NCBI GenBank assembly: GCA_029210965.1 | Contig: JARGFZ010000007.1 | Location: forward strand, 27,052-91,051 | Length of the DNA stretch: 64,000 bases | Source: a bacterium | Lineage (GTDB): Bacteria; BMS3Abin14 | Direction of reading: 5' to 3' | Part shown: in pieces, positions 46,109 through 57,497 of the stretch | How the letters are laid out: each line of letters begins with the position of its first letter | Numbering within the stretch: the first letter of the stretch is position 1 | Position numbers and translations under genes: made by a program | The notes under the pieces: model-generated | Told to the model about the DNA's origin: nothing | Seen by the model: only the letters and a program-made list of their open reading frames with translations | Databases searched by the model: none

Positions 46109-47457
46109 ATGCTTTGAAACTTTTTTCAAAAATACTTGTTGCCAACAGAGGCGAGATCGCTCTGAGGGTTATCCGTGCCTGCAGGGAACTTGGGATCAAG
46201 ACAGTGGCCGTTTATTCAGAAGCGGACCGGGACGCCTTACATACCCGCTTCGCGGACGAGGGGATATGTATTGGTCCGGCCAATCTGTTGCAGAGCTATT
46301 TGAACATCCCTGCCGTGATCAGCGCCGCAGAGGTGTCGGACTGTGAAGCGATCCATCCTGGATACGGATTTCTGGCAGAGAACCCGGAGTTTGCCGAGAT
46401 CTGTGAGGCCAGCGGTATTACCTTTATTGGCCCCCGATCCGAACATATTAGATTGATGGGAAATAAGATCCAGGCACGAAACCTTGCCGCGCGGGCTGGT
46501 GTTCCCATGCCGCCTGGAGGGATCGAAGGGGTTAGTGACCCGGAGGAAGCTCTTATTGCAGCCAAACAGCTCGGGTTCCCGGTTATTATCAAGGCTGCTG
46601 CCGGAGGAGGGGGACGTGGTATCCGGGTCGTTCATTCAGAAGCTTCCTTCAGAACCTCATTTTCCATGGCCCAATCTGAGGCAAGCTCTTCCTTCAACGA
46701 CCCGGAGGTATATGTAGAAAAGTTTATCGAGTCACCGCGGCATGTTGAGATCCAGATAATGGCTGATAACCAAGGCAATGTTATTCATTTGGGTGAAAGG
46801 GATTGCAGTATACAGCGACGATTCCAGAAGCTCATTGAAGAGGCCCCATCACCGGCTGTAAGCGAAGAACTGCGGGTGCAAATGGGTAAAGCGGCTGTTA
46901 ACCTGACGCGGGAGGCCGGATATGTGAATGCCGGAACGGTGGAATTTCTTTTAGACCGGGATGGAAAATTCTACTTTATGGAGATGAATACCAGGATTCA
47001 GGTCGAACACCCGGTGACCGAAATGGTCACGGGGGTTGACCTGGTTAAGGAGCAGATCAGGGTAGCGGCAGGCCACCCCCTCGGATTCAAACAGGAGGAT
47101 ATAAGGATTCAGGGTCACGCTATTGAATGCCGTATCAACGCTGAGGACCCGGTAGACTATCGGCCCTGTCCCGGGACGATCTCCTTCTACTATGCACCAG
47201 GCGGTCCAGGGATAAGGGTAGATTCCGCGGCCTTTGAAGATTACTATATCACTCCACACTACGATTCCATGATAGCCAAGCTCGTGGCCCACGGTCGTGA
47301 TCGGGAAGAGGCTGTTGCAAGGATGCAAAGAGCCCTGGAGGAGTTTGTCATCGAGGGGATAAAGACAACCATACCACTCCATCAGAGGATCCTGGCTACC
47401 ATGAAATTCAGAAAGGGTGATTACGGCACCGATTTTCTTGAAGAATTAAAGAAATAG
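46105..47457 (+). CDS. accC: Biotin carboxylase
   Basis: '[35 protein letters not shown]' is present along with the ATP-grasp motifs, and the size is 450 aa. Confidence 0.9.
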   Translation: MNALKLFSKILVANRGEIALRVIRACRELGIKTVAVYSEADRDALHTRFADEGICIGPANLLQSYLNIPAVISAAEVSDCEAIHPGYGFLAENPEFAEICEASGITFIGPRSEHIRLMGNKIQARNLAARAGVPMPPGGIEGVSDPEEALIAAKQLGFPVIIKAAAGGGGRGIRVVHSEASFRTSFSMAQSEASSSFNDPEVYVEKFIESPRHVEIQIMADNQGNVIHLGERDCSIQRRFQKLIEEAPSPAVSEELRVQMGKAAVNLTREAGYVNAGTVEFLLDRDGKFYFMEMNTRIQVEHPVTEMVTGVDLVKEQIRVAAGHPLGFKQEDIRIQGHAIECRINAEDPVDYRPCPGTISFYYAPGGPGIRVDSAAFEDYYITPHYDSMIAKLVAHGRDREEAVARMQRALEEFVIEGIKTTIPLHQRILATMKFRKGDYGTDFLEELKK

Positions 47458-47477
47458 GCGAAAGTCAGATAGGGAAC

Positions 47478-47545
47478 CATGAATGGTGAACTGCGGAAGT
47501 AGCCGGATGACATGCCGCTCTGAACCGTTCACGGTTTTATTTTTA
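47478..47545 (+). terminator. Repeat-derived hairpin plus T-run after accC
   Basis: The inverted arms are 'CATGAATGGTGAACTGCGG...CCGCTCTGAACCGTTCACGG', with an inner palindrome AACCG-ttca-CGGTT followed by 'TTTTATTTTTAC'. Confidence 0.5.
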
Positions 47546-47616
47546 CATCTTACGGCAAAATGAAGGACGTTCAAAAACATCATTCATTATGATACCATTC
47601 TAGCTTTGTTTAAATA

Positions 47617-50430
47617 ATGTTGAAATATGAACGGGAAAATTCAAACATGGCAGATAAGGCAAAATTATTTAAGATAGCGCAAAAACACCTGTCCAAGGGG
47701 AACCTGGACAAGGCTATCAAAACCTTCCAGCAGTTGGCAGAGGTTGATCCCAACGATCAGCGGCTTATTTTGCGTCTTGCTGAAATTCTGGCCCGAGCCG
47801 GGAGGAAAAAGGAAGCCGTCGAGAACTATGAAAAGGTTGCCGCCGGATACATCAAACAGGATTTCCCTCCCAAGGCAATTGCTGTATACAGGACTATTCT
47901 TCGTCTGGACCCGGAGCTTTTTTCAGCCTACGAAAAACTGGCGGAACTCTATAAAAGCCAGGGGCTAGAGGCTGAGGCCCTGGCTATTTTCGAAAACCTT
48001 TTCAAGGTTTACGAAAGGAAGAACGACGAAGACAAACAGATAGATGTCCTCAAGCTCATGGCCGACATGGATCCCGAGAATCTGGGGTTCCAGGTCAGGT
48101 TGGGAGAGACCCTGGCCAGGAAGGGTCGGAAAAAAGAGGCTGCCGAGGCTTTGGCAAAAGCTGCAGCCACCCTCAGCCGGAGAGGATTCCACGACAGAGC
48201 TTCCCAGCTTTTCGAAAAAATCACCGCCTTGAATCCCGACAACACAGCGGTGCGAAGAGAGCTTTGTGCCCACTACCTCGAGAGCGGGAAGTATAATGAG
48301 GCCCGCACCGAGATCGAAGCAATCCTCGCGATTGAACCAGATGATCCACGGATGGTTCTCCTTTTGGGCCGAATCCTTTTCCAGTTGGGGAAAAGTGGTG
48401 AGGGAGAGGAGAAAATCTCGGAGTCGATCAAGCTTTTCCTGAAAGCCGGTGAGCTTGAATCTGTGATGAGGGAGTTTCTTTTTGTTGCCCAGTCTCATTT
48501 TAACAATGGTGAGGATTACGAGGCAGAGGCTTTTTATCGCCAGATCTTGTCAAATGTGCCAGGAGAGGTGAGGGCAATAAAAGGGCTCGTGTCGGTGGCG
48601 GAAAAGAGGAAAGATCGTGTTGGTCAGATAGACAATCTCCTTCTTCTTGGCCGGACAATGCAGCAGGCTGGAGATCGGGAGGGTGTTATAGATTCCTTCA
48701 GAAGGGTCAATGAGCTTGATCCCCTGAACGAGGAAGCCAAAGCTTATCTTGCTGGTGCTGGTCCTGTTGAACCCCCCGTTGTTCAGTTTGAAGAACAATC
48801 CATTGGTCTGGAAGGTGAGATCCAGGATGCGGATCTCGATGAAATCGAAGAGGTCGAACTTTTTGATGCTGAGGACATGGATCTGGAGGACATCAGTGAG
48901 GATGTCCTCGAAGAAGACATCGATGAAGAGATCCAGCTCATAGATGATGAGGAACCTGACAGGATTGTTCTTGATGCTGACGAGCCTCAGGTTGATTTTG
49001 GCGCAAAAGAGGTGGAGGAGGGGTTTATCCCTGAAATCGTTCTTGAAGATTACAAGGATGATTTCGAAGTGGATATCGGGGATTTTGAAACTGTGATGGA
49101 GGTCTCTGAAGTTGCCGGGGACGTTGCCGGGGAAGAGGCCGGGGGAGAAACAGAACCTGCAGGTTTTGACGAAGTGCAGGCTTCAGAATCTGTCGAACAG
49201 TTATCCGACGAGATGTCGCTTGAAGAGCTCCTCGCTGAAGCGGAAGTCTATGAAAGGTATGGCCTCAAAGAAAAGGTAGCCGAGACTCTGGAGAAAGCAA
49301 GGGTCAGGGCGCCTGGTGACCAGGAGGTACTCTCCAGGATAGCGGCCTTTGATTCGGGTACTAAAGTCCAGGGACTGTGTCCAGTCGCTGGGGATTCGGC
49401 ACAGGAACTGCCTGAAACAGAGGATCCCCATCACGACCCCTTTTCAGAAGAACTCGAAGAGGCCGACTTCTACCATTCTCAGGGACTCGACGATGAGGCT
49501 TCCAAAATTTACAAGTCTATTCTGGAGCGTGACCCTCAGCAAAACAGGGCCTTGCAAGCACTTTCCTCTATCGAGGTGAAGGGCGCACCGGACGAGCCTG
49601 GGGCGGCAGAACCTGTTGATGAAGGGCGCACAACGGCTTTGTCTGTTGACCCCGGTGTGCCGGTAGAAACAGCTCTTGAATCGCGGTTCAATCCGGATAC
49701 CGCTAAAGATGTCAAAAGTAAACTTATAGTAGAAGATTCAACTCCTGAAGGCATGAACGACTTCCTTGATATCGCTGAGGAGCTTCGCATAGAGATTGCT
49801 GAGGAGGATGCTGCGGAAGCCCGGATCGGACCTGCTGACGGGCCGGTCTCATTTGAAGAGATATTCAGCCAGTTCAAGGAAGGAATTAAGGAAACCCTGG
49901 GAGATGAGGAGTACGAAACCCACTACAACCTGGGGATCGCATACAAAGACATGGGCCTTTATGATGATGCCATCCTGGAGTTCGAGTCGGGTACCAGGGA
50001 TCCTGCTCTGGCCCAGGATAGCTTTAGCCTGATGGCTATGTGCTATGTGGAGAAAAGGGATTACGAGTCAGCGATAAACGCCATTGTTCAAGCCATTGAT
50101 ATTTCAAATGGAGGGAGCAAAACGGGGCTTTTCTTCCAACTTGGTGAGGTGAAGGAAAAACAGAACTTGTGGTCGGAGGCTATAAAGGCTTATGAGCAGG
50201 TACAATCCGATGATCCTGCCTTCCAGGGTATAGGTGAAGCTATTGAGCGTGTTAAGGCTTCCCTTTCCCGTGGGGTGATCCAGGATGAGCCTGATGACTT
50301 GTCGGATGGCGGTATGGATAATATGCTTACGGACCTGATACGGGAGGTTGAGGAAATGGCCAAAGAGTCTTCCGGCGAAACAACGGACGAACCGGGTAAA
50401 CCCAAAAAAGACAGGATATCCTATCTATAA
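47617..50430 (+). CDS. Large TPR-repeat protein (937 aa) with a central hyper-acidic region; MshN/FimV-like pilus-biogenesis accessory candidate
   Basis: There are about 10 N-terminal TPR repeats. A roughly 250-aa D/E-rich segment follows ('DADLDEIEEVELFDAEDMDLEDISEDVLEEDIDEE'). The C-terminal TPR units include 'EADFYHSQGLDDEASKIYKSILERDPQQNRAL', the same unit type as in 43225..44592. It lies immediately upstream of an ExeA/MshM-like ATPase. Confidence 0.6.
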   Translation: MLKYERENSNMADKAKLFKIAQKHLSKGNLDKAIKTFQQLAEVDPNDQRLILRLAEILARAGRKKEAVENYEKVAAGYIKQDFPPKAIAVYRTILRLDPELFSAYEKLAELYKSQGLEAEALAIFENLFKVYERKNDEDKQIDVLKLMADMDPENLGFQVRLGETLARKGRKKEAAEALAKAAATLSRRGFHDRASQLFEKITALNPDNTAVRRELCAHYLESGKYNEARTEIEAILAIEPDDPRMVLLLGRILFQLGKSGEGEEKISESIKLFLKAGELESVMREFLFVAQSHFNNGEDYEAEAFYRQILSNVPGEVRAIKGLVSVAEKRKDRVGQIDNLLLLGRTMQQAGDREGVIDSFRRVNELDPLNEEAKAYLAGAGPVEPPVVQFEEQSIGLEGEIQDADLDEIEEVELFDAEDMDLEDISEDVLEEDIDEEIQLIDDEEPDRIVLDADEPQVDFGAKEVEEGFIPEIVLEDYKDDFEVDIGDFETVMEVSEVAGDVAGEEAGGETEPAGFDEVQASESVEQLSDEMSLEELLAEAEVYERYGLKEKVAETLEKARVRAPGDQEVLSRIAAFDSGTKVQGLCPVAGDSAQELPETEDPHHDPFSEELEEADFYHSQGLDDEASKIYKSILERDPQQNRALQALSSIEVKGAPDEPGAAEPVDEGRTTALSVDPGVPVETALESRFNPDTAKDVKSKLIVEDSTPEGMNDFLDIAEELRIEIAEEDAAEARIGPADGPVSFEEIFSQFKEGIKETLGDEEYETHYNLGIAYKDMGLYDDAILEFESGTRDPALAQDSFSLMAMCYVEKRDYESAINAIVQAIDISNGGSKTGLFFQLGEVKEKQNLWSEAIKAYEQVQSDDPAFQGIGEAIERVKASLSRGVIQDEPDDLSDGGMDNMLTDLIREVEEMAKESSGETTDEPGKPKKDRISYL

Positions 50431-50592
50431 AATGCTGCACTTTGAATTCCAGCCAGCATTTTATAGATAGTCATTTCCTGCAATGTTGAAATGACCATGT
50501 CAGGAGAATCCAAATGTTGATACAACCCTTATTTTCTTTCCTGAGGCCTGATCCGGTTGGCTGCCGGTTAAACGGATACGAGGAAATGACCT

Positions 50593-51651
50593 GTGAGCTA
50601 CCTTGATTTTTACGGGCTTCAGATAGAGCCGTTTTCCAACGCTCCAAATGAGCGGTTCTACTACAATAGCGCTCAGCACGCACGGGCTTTGACCAGGATC
50701 ATGTACGTGGCAGAGACCATGAAAGGCCTGGCTGTGGTGGTGGGCGACATAGGAACGGGGAAAACGACACTGGCCAGGAAGGTCCTGGACGGCCTGCCTT
50801 CCGAGGTTTACGAATCGGCTCTTCTGGTGATCCTGCATGCGGAGATTTCCCAGGAATGGCTGCTCAGAAGGATAGCCCAACAGCTGGGTATCGAAAACCC
50901 TGCCACCGAGAAACTCCAGATTATCGGACAACTATACCGTAAACTCCTTCATCTCCATGAAATGGGCAAAAAGGCTGTGGTCCTCATTGACGAGGCGCAG
51001 ATGCTTAATACCCGAGAACTCATGGAGGAGTTCCGGGGGCTTTTGAACCTGGAGGTGACGGCGCACAAATTGATCACTTTTATTTTTTTCGGGCTGCCGG
51101 AGGTTGAGGATACCCTGGCGCTGGATCCGCCTCTCCTGCAGAGGGTTGCCATGAAGATCAGGTTATCGACCCTCACTGACGAGGCGACAAAAGCCTACGT
51201 TGTCCACAGGATGGCTATTGCCGGCAGCAGGGAAACCATCTTTACCGATGGGGCACTGAAGCTTATTTATAAGTATTCCGACGGTTTTCCGAGAAAGATC
51301 AACGTTCTTTGCGATAATGCCCTTTTTCAGGGTTTTCTCATGCGGCAACGGGTGATCGATGAAACTATTGTCATGGAAATGGCAGCTGACCTGGGCTTTG
51401 ACGCCAGGATGGACAACCGAGCTGATATACCATCCATGGCTATTCCCGCCTCCTGGAACCCGGACGGTGTGAATGCGGAGGATGTTATTCCAGGTGAAAT
51501 GCTGGTGCAGAACTTGAAAAATCCGGTTGTCCCCGAGATCCCACTGGAAGCGGTTCCGGAACAGTTGCAGACCCAGAACGCCCAGATCACCAGCGAGGAC
51601 CTGGACCTGAAACTGGAGGAGTTTTTTGAGGATACGTTTAAGGAAAGTTGA
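50593..51651 (+). CDS. ExeA/GspA/MshM-family AAA ATPase
   Basis: The Walker A motif is 'GDIGTGKTTL' and the Walker B motif is 'VVLIDEAQML'. The N-terminal 'LDFYGLQIEPFSNAPNERFYYNSAQHARAL' is the hallmark of ExeA/MshM. Confidence 0.8.
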   Translation: MSYLDFYGLQIEPFSNAPNERFYYNSAQHARALTRIMYVAETMKGLAVVVGDIGTGKTTLARKVLDGLPSEVYESALLVILHAEISQEWLLRRIAQQLGIENPATEKLQIIGQLYRKLLHLHEMGKKAVVLIDEAQMLNTRELMEEFRGLLNLEVTAHKLITFIFFGLPEVEDTLALDPPLLQRVAMKIRLSTLTDEATKAYVVHRMAIAGSRETIFTDGALKLIYKYSDGFPRKINVLCDNALFQGFLMRQRVIDETIVMEMAADLGFDARMDNRADIPSMAIPASWNPDGVNAEDVIPGEMLVQNLKNPVVPEIPLEAVPEQLQTQNAQITSEDLDLKLEEFFEDTFKES

Positions 51652-51692
51652 CGAGGTCAACTTTCCTGGTGAACCGTGAACAGTAAATTCGT

Positions 51693-51718
51693 GCCGGAGC
51701 TTTGAGCTCCGGTTTTGT
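51693..51718 (+). terminator. Rho-independent terminator after the ExeA-like gene
   Basis: The hairpin 'GCCGGAGC-tttg-AGCTCCGG' is followed by TTTT, and is preceded by 'GGTGAACCGTGAACAG' repeat units. Confidence 0.7.
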
Positions 51719-52031
51719 ATTCAGGACGCAGCACCCAGCACCCAGTAAAAAACCTTCATTTTTGTTAAGCGGCTAAAGCTATTGAATGCAAAGGACGCGG
51801 AGGGACGCAGAGGAAAAGCTGAAATATGGGTAAACAGGGCATTCCCGAAGAGTCGGACTTCACATTCTCAGGTTTTAATGATCCAGAATCTAAAATCCTA
51901 GGTCCAAGTTTTTCGCCGAACCGCCGATACCTGATTTTCATTCTACGTTCTACATTCTGATTTATACGGTTAGCTCTTGACATCTAACTTCTTAAGACCC
52001 TATAATCATTCAAATTTTTCAAGGGGGAGCC

Positions 52032-52247
52032 ATGAGCAAAGCAAGGCAGGACCTGATCAAGCGAATTCTTGAAGAAGATGAGGAGTACAGAGATCTGCAC
52101 GAGAAGCATCTGGCCTTTGAAGAGCAAATACAGGAACTCCAGAAAAGACCCCCGTCTACTGAAATTCACTTTGAAATCGAGGGGTTAAAGAAACAAAAGC
52201 TGCAGGGGAAAGACAAGATGGAAAGGATTCTTACCAAGTATAGCTAG
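52032..52247 (+). CDS. DUF465/YdcH-family small protein
   Basis: The 71-aa 'LIKRILEEDEEYRDLHEKHLAFEEQIQELQKR...EIEGLKKQKLQGKDKMERIL' matches the DUF465 pattern. Confidence 0.55.
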   Translation: MSKARQDLIKRILEEDEEYRDLHEKHLAFEEQIQELQKRPPSTEIHFEIEGLKKQKLQGKDKMERILTKYS

Positions 52248-52351
52248 GATTGCATGCTGGTGGCTTATTCAAGGCGAGGCCATTGGCCTCGTTTTTTTTG
52301 CATCTAATAGAGTATTTATTAAGGATAACCCCCTAAAAAAAGGAAGTTTTT

Positions 52352-54016
52352 ATGAGTGGAAAAATGAGAAGCGATCGTGTCAAGAAGGGACCGGAAAGGG
52401 TACCATCACGTGCTCTTCTCTATGCCACAGGGGTGACCCCCTCCGCTCTGAAACGGCCTCATATAGGGGTATTCACCAGCTTTACCGACATCATCCCGGG
52501 CCACGTTGGGATGAGGGAGCTGGAAAGGGCCATCGAAAAAGGTGTCCACACTGGTGGCGGCCTCTCCTTTCTGGTGGGGATCCCTGGAGTGTGCGATGGC
52601 GTGGTTATGGGGCATGAAGGAATGAGATACAGTCTGCCCACGAGGGAGTGGATATCTGACCTCGTTGAGGCAGTTACCCAAGGGCACGCTTTTGACGGCA
52701 TCATTCTGCTCACCAACTGTGACAAGATCAGCCCCGGTATGCTCATGGCAGCAGCCCGTCTGGACATACCTGCACTCATGGTAACGGCCGGCCCCATGCA
52801 CTCTGGTATGTACAAGGGCCAGCGTCGTTCCCTGGTGAGGGACACTTTCGAGGCGGTGGGACGGTACCAGGCCGGGCAGATGGACGAGGAAGAGCTCGAG
52901 TGTTTGGCCCTGGAGACCTGCCCGGGACCTGGAGCCTGCCAGGGAATGTACACGGCCAACACCATGGCCTGCGTCACAGAGTCCCTGGGTCTCTCCTTGC
53001 CATATAGCGCAACGGCTCTGGCCGGTTTCGCCGAGAAGAAGCGCATCGCTTTTGAGAGTGGCGAGCGCATTGTGGCCATGATCAATGAAGGGCTTACCAC
53101 CTCGAAGATCCTGTCTCAAAACGCTTTTGAGAACGCCATAGCAGTGGACATGGCCCTGGGAGGTTCTACAAACACCGCCCTGCATGTCCCTGCCATAGCC
53201 CACGAGGCCAATATCAAGGTCGACCTGGACATGTTCGACCGGATCAGCGCAAAAACACCCCACATCGCCAACATTCGGCCGGGTGGCGAGCACTTTATGG
53301 AAGATCTTCATTACGCCGGAGGAGTGCCAGCTGTGTTGTCGCGCTTACAGCCCCTTTTAAAACCGGCCATGACCGCTGCCGGGGTGGATATCATGAAGAT
53401 AGCGGAGTCGGCCGAGATCAAGGACGACGATGTCATACGGTCCATGGATAACCCTTATCACGCACAGGGAGGGATCGCTGTTTTGAGGGGCAACCTTGCC
53501 CCCGACGGCTGCGTCGTCAAGCAGACTGCCGTGAGCGATGACATGCTCGTATTTGAGGGGCCTGCTCGTGTATTTGAGCAGGAAGAGGAAGCCATGGCGG
53601 CTGTTATGGCTCGGACGATCCTGGACGGCGACGTTCTTGTGATCCGGAACGAAGGACCTCGAGGCGGCCCCGGTATGAGGGAGATGCTGTCTGTTACTGC
53701 GGCATTATCCGGGTTGGGGCTTAAGGTGGTTCTCCTCACCGATGGCCGATTTTCCGGAGGAACCAGAGGCCCTTGCATCGGGCACATTTCTCCGGAGTCC
53801 GCAGCTGGCGGAAATATTGCCTTTGTTCAGGAAGGTGACACGATCAGGGTAGATATACCGGGGCGAAATCTTGATCTCATGGTTTCGGAAGATGAACTTG
53901 AAACCAGACGGAAGCTCTGGACCCCTCCGAAACCAAAATATCGCCGCGGTATCCTGGGACGTTACGCACGCCTCGTCCATTCGGCAGCCACAGGCGCTAT
54001 ATTGGACGACGAGTAA
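52352..54016 (+). CDS. ilvD: Dihydroxy-acid dehydratase
   Basis: '[23 protein letters not shown]' is present, with the [2Fe-2S] cysteines in the 'NCDKISPG' context, and the size is 554 aa. Confidence 0.9.
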   Translation: MSGKMRSDRVKKGPERVPSRALLYATGVTPSALKRPHIGVFTSFTDIIPGHVGMRELERAIEKGVHTGGGLSFLVGIPGVCDGVVMGHEGMRYSLPTREWISDLVEAVTQGHAFDGIILLTNCDKISPGMLMAAARLDIPALMVTAGPMHSGMYKGQRRSLVRDTFEAVGRYQAGQMDEEELECLALETCPGPGACQGMYTANTMACVTESLGLSLPYSATALAGFAEKKRIAFESGERIVAMINEGLTTSKILSQNAFENAIAVDMALGGSTNTALHVPAIAHEANIKVDLDMFDRISAKTPHIANIRPGGEHFMEDLHYAGGVPAVLSRLQPLLKPAMTAAGVDIMKIAESAEIKDDDVIRSMDNPYHAQGGIAVLRGNLAPDGCVVKQTAVSDDMLVFEGPARVFEQEEEAMAAVMARTILDGDVLVIRNEGPRGGPGMREMLSVTAALSGLGLKVVLLTDGRFSGGTRGPCIGHISPESAAGGNIAFVQEGDTIRVDIPGRNLDLMVSEDELETRRKLWTPPKPKYRRGILGRYARLVHSAATGAILDDE

Positions 54017-54129
54017 AATTGATGGACTAGCAAAAACTCCATCACCCCGTTCTGCCATTGGCGGGATCGCCCTCAATAAAACTTGAAGATATTTTTTGCG
54101 AGGTTAACAAGAATTGACGGAGACAGGTT

Positions 54130-55854
54130 ATGCAGATGACAGGCGATCAAATACTGGTTCAATCGCTGAAAGATGAAGGGGTCGATATCATGTTCGGCTA
54201 CCCAGGGGGGGTACTGCTGGGTTTATACGATGCCCTGTTTAATAGTGGTATCAAACATGTGCTTCCGAAACATGAACAGGCGGCGGCTCATGCCGCGGAC
54301 GGTTACGCCAGGTCCACCGGGAAAGTAGGGGTCGTTCTGGCCACCTCGGGTCCCGGTGCTACCAACCTGATCACAGGGGTGGCCACAGCCTTCATGGATT
54401 CAGTCCCCCTTGTAGTTTTGACCGGCCAGGTCTCGACCCACATGATCGGCGGCGACGCCTTTCAGGAAGCGGATATCATCGGGATCACGCGTCCTATAAC
54501 AAAGCACAGTTATCTGGTCACGAAGACCGAGGACATTGCCAGGATTGTTCAGGAGGCGTTTCACATTGCGGGAACGGGAAGGCCCGGCCCCGTCTTGATC
54601 GATTTACCCAAAGACGTGCTGACCGGCAAAGCAAAGTACAATCGTCCGAAGTCTGTAAATATCAGAGGGTACAAACCCAAGGTCGAGGGACACTCTGGGC
54701 AGATAAAGCGTGTCCTGACAGAGATCAAAAAGGCCAAAAAGGCGGTCATTTACGCTGGTGGCGGAGTTATCCTTTCGGGGGCCAGCGCGGAGCTTTTAAA
54801 GTTTGCGGAGTACAACCAGATCCCGGTGACCAACACACTCCTGGGACTGGGCGGATTTCCGGCGGACCACCCGCTTTTTCTGGGAATGCTTGGAATGCAC
54901 GGTGCCTACGTGGCCAACATGACCATCCATGAATCGGACCTCATTCTGGCCATCGGGGCACGGTTCGATGACAGGGTGACAGGCAACGTGGCCAAGTTCG
55001 CTCCCAATGCCCGGGTCGTTCACATTGACATCGACCCGTCTGCCATCAGCAAGAACATCGTTGTCCACGTCCCTGTGGTGGGAGACGTCAAGGGTGTTCT
55101 AACCGAACTGAACCGCCTTCAGAAGAAGGAAGAGCCGGTGTGGGGCGAGATCAGGCAGAGTTGGCTCGATCATGTCCGCCGGTGGTCTGAGGAAAGACCT
55201 TTTTCCTATGACAAGGACACCAAGCAGATCAAGCCACAGTATGTCATCGAACGTCTTAGCGAACTTGCCCCGAAGGACGCCATCATCACCACTGAGGTGG
55301 GTCAGAACCAGATGTGGACGGCCCAGTTCTACAATTTTACCAAACCCAGAACCCTCCTCTCCTCCGGGGGGCTGGGTACCATGGGTTACGGTTTTCCGGC
55401 GGCTATGGGGGCTCAGTTCGCAAATCCGGACAAACTGGTTGTTGACATCGCGGGTGATGGAAGCATTCAGATGAATATTCAGGAACTGGCTACCATCGCC
55501 CAATACAACCTGCCGGTGAAGATCCTCATCCTCAACAACTGCTTCCTGGGTATGGTCAGGCAGTGGCAGGAACTGTTCTACGGTGCCAGATACTCCTCTA
55601 CATGCCTCGCCTCCAACCCCGATTTTGTCAGGATCGCTGAAGCCTATGGTGTCAAGGGGATCAAGGTCGAGGACAAGAAGGATGTTGACGCAGGCCTGAT
55701 CGAGATGATCAATCACGATGGTCCGGTGCTTCTCGAGGTCATGGTGGACCGGGAGGAGGGAGTCTATCCCATGGTTCCTGCCGGCGCAGCATCGAGCGAT
55801 ATGATTTTCGGCCCGAATAAGAAAGACACAAAGAAGCTCAAGGTTGTTAAATAA
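54130..55854 (+). CDS. ilvB: Acetolactate synthase large subunit
   Basis: It has the TPP and FAD domains ('GYPGGVLLGLYDAL', 'GGLGTMGYGFPAAMGA'). Confidence 0.9.
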   Translation: MQMTGDQILVQSLKDEGVDIMFGYPGGVLLGLYDALFNSGIKHVLPKHEQAAAHAADGYARSTGKVGVVLATSGPGATNLITGVATAFMDSVPLVVLTGQVSTHMIGGDAFQEADIIGITRPITKHSYLVTKTEDIARIVQEAFHIAGTGRPGPVLIDLPKDVLTGKAKYNRPKSVNIRGYKPKVEGHSGQIKRVLTEIKKAKKAVIYAGGGVILSGASAELLKFAEYNQIPVTNTLLGLGGFPADHPLFLGMLGMHGAYVANMTIHESDLILAIGARFDDRVTGNVAKFAPNARVVHIDIDPSAISKNIVVHVPVVGDVKGVLTELNRLQKKEEPVWGEIRQSWLDHVRRWSEERPFSYDKDTKQIKPQYVIERLSELAPKDAIITTEVGQNQMWTAQFYNFTKPRTLLSSGGLGTMGYGFPAAMGAQFANPDKLVVDIAGDGSIQMNIQELATIAQYNLPVKILILNNCFLGMVRQWQELFYGARYSSTCLASNPDFVRIAEAYGVKGIKVEDKKDVDAGLIEMINHDGPVLLEVMVDREEGVYPMVPAGAASSDMIFGPNKKDTKKLKVVK

Positions 55855-55891
55855 TACCGGGCTTAAAAGATCTTAAACTGCTGCGAGGTGA

Positions 55892-56371
55892 GTGATGAAG
55901 CATACAATTTCCATAACAGTTGAGAACAGGTTCGGCGTCCTGTCGCGGGTGGTGGGTCTTTTCTCCGGGCGAGGTTTCAACATAGACAGCCTGAGCGTCG
56001 GTGAGACTATCGATCCGGAGATCTCCCGGATAACCATCGTAACCAGAGGAGACGACCGGATCATTGAGCAGGTCACGAAACAGCTGCACAAACTGGTGGA
56101 CGTTATCAAGGTTATCGACCTGACCGACCTGAACTTCGTGGACAGGGAATTGATCCTGATTAAGGTCAGCGCCGCAGAGAAGGCAAAGGCTGAGATCCTC
56201 AGGATCAATGAGATCTTCCGTGGCAAGATTGTCGATGTTTCACCTGCCAGCTATACTTTTGAGGTTACTGGCGACGAAGAAAAGATCGAGGCGTTTCTCA
56301 AACTTGTGAAGCCTTTTGGTGTGAAGGATGTCTCCAGGACCGGCAAAGTGGCGATCAGCAGAGAGATGTGA
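55892..56371 (+). CDS. ilvN: Acetolactate synthase small (regulatory) subunit
   Basis: The ACT domain is '[33 protein letters not shown]' and the size is 159 aa. Confidence 0.9.
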   Translation: MMKHTISITVENRFGVLSRVVGLFSGRGFNIDSLSVGETIDPEISRITIVTRGDDRIIEQVTKQLHKLVDVIKVIDLTDLNFVDRELILIKVSAAEKAKAEILRINEIFRGKIVDVSPASYTFEVTGDEEKIEAFLKLVKPFGVKDVSRTGKVAISREM

Positions 56372-56414
56372 ACCGCCATTTAAAATAGTCGCAGGAATGA
56401 ATTTAGAATTCCAT

Positions 56415-56446
56415 ATTCCACATTCTACATTCTACATTCCGATTTT
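56415..56446. repeat. (CATTCTA)n tandem repeat in the ilvN-ilvC intergenic region
   Basis: 'CCATATTCCACATTCTACATTCTACATTCCG' is related to the GAATGTAGAAC units at 25461 and to 'CATTCTACGTTCTACATTCTG' at about 51936. Confidence 0.5.
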
Positions 56447-56465
56447 TTTGAAAGGAGCAAAACAC

Positions 56466-57485
56466 ATGGACGTACTAACTGAGAAGGATCTGTACTTGAA
56501 AGGTAAGCCTTTGGCTGGAGTGAAGGTGGCGATCATCGGTTACGGCAGTCAGGGTCATGCCCAGGCCCTGAACCTCAAGGAAAGCGGTGTGGATGTGACC
56601 ATCGGTCTCATTGAGGGTGATGCGGGCCGTGAGGCTGCAAAAAAAGCCGGTTTTTCAGTCAAGACTATCGAGGAGGCCAGCGCCGGCGCTGATCTCGTCA
56701 TGATGCTTGTTCCTGATGAGTTCCACAAAGTGGTTTTTGAGGGACAGATCCTTCCCAACATCAAGGATGGTGCGGTACTGGCTGTGTCCCACGGTTTCTC
56801 CATCCATTACGGGCAGGTGGTGCCCCCCAGGACCATGGATGTCATCATGGTCGCTCCTAAAGGCCCTGGGCACCTGGTACGCAGCGAATTCCTCCAGGGA
56901 CGTGGTGTACCTGTCCTTGTGGCTGTCCACCAGGATGTTTCCGGTAAGGCCAGGCAATATGGCATGGAGTACGCTGTAGGAACCGGCGCCGGTCGGGTGG
57001 GCATTCTTGAGACCACCTTCCGTGAGGAGACCGAGACGGACCTGTTCGGTGAGCAGGCGATCCTGTGCGGTGGTGCGGTGAGTCTGGTCGTGGCAGGTTA
57101 CGAGACCCTTGTGAACGCCGGTTACGCTCCCGAGATGGCCTATTTTGAATGCCTTCACGAACTCAAACTCATCGTGGACCTGCTCTACCAGGGCGGCATC
57201 GGTACCATGAACTATTCCGTGAGCAATACCGCAGAGTATGGCGGGTTGACAAGAGGTGACAGAGTCATCGACGAACATGTCCGGGAGGAGATGGAGGAGA
57301 TACTCGCTGAGGTGCAGAGCGGGGAGTTTGCCAGGGAGTGGATCCTGGAGAACCAGGCCGGGAGGCCCGTGTTCAACGCCCTCAGCCGTGAAATGAACGA
57401 TCATCCCATCGAAGAGGTGGGCAAGCGGCTCCGGGCCCTCATGCCGTGGCTCAAGGAAGAATCTGCCGTTAAGGATAAGGAATAA
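56466..57485 (+). CDS. ilvC: Ketol-acid reductoisomerase
   Basis: AAAGGAG lies 6 nt upstream of the ATG at 56466. '[37 protein letters not shown]' is the IlvC N-terminus. The upstream part of the track ORF is intergenic. Confidence 0.9.
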   Translation: MDVLTEKDLYLKGKPLAGVKVAIIGYGSQGHAQALNLKESGVDVTIGLIEGDAGREAAKKAGFSVKTIEEASAGADLVMMLVPDEFHKVVFEGQILPNIKDGAVLAVSHGFSIHYGQVVPPRTMDVIMVAPKGPGHLVRSEFLQGRGVPVLVAVHQDVSGKARQYGMEYAVGTGAGRVGILETTFREETETDLFGEQAILCGGAVSLVVAGYETLVNAGYAPEMAYFECLHELKLIVDLLYQGGIGTMNYSVSNTAEYGGLTRGDRVIDEHVREEMEEILAEVQSGEFAREWILENQAGRPVFNALSREMNDHPIEEVGKRLRALMPWLKEESAVKDKE

Positions 57486-57497
57486 GGAACACAGCAC

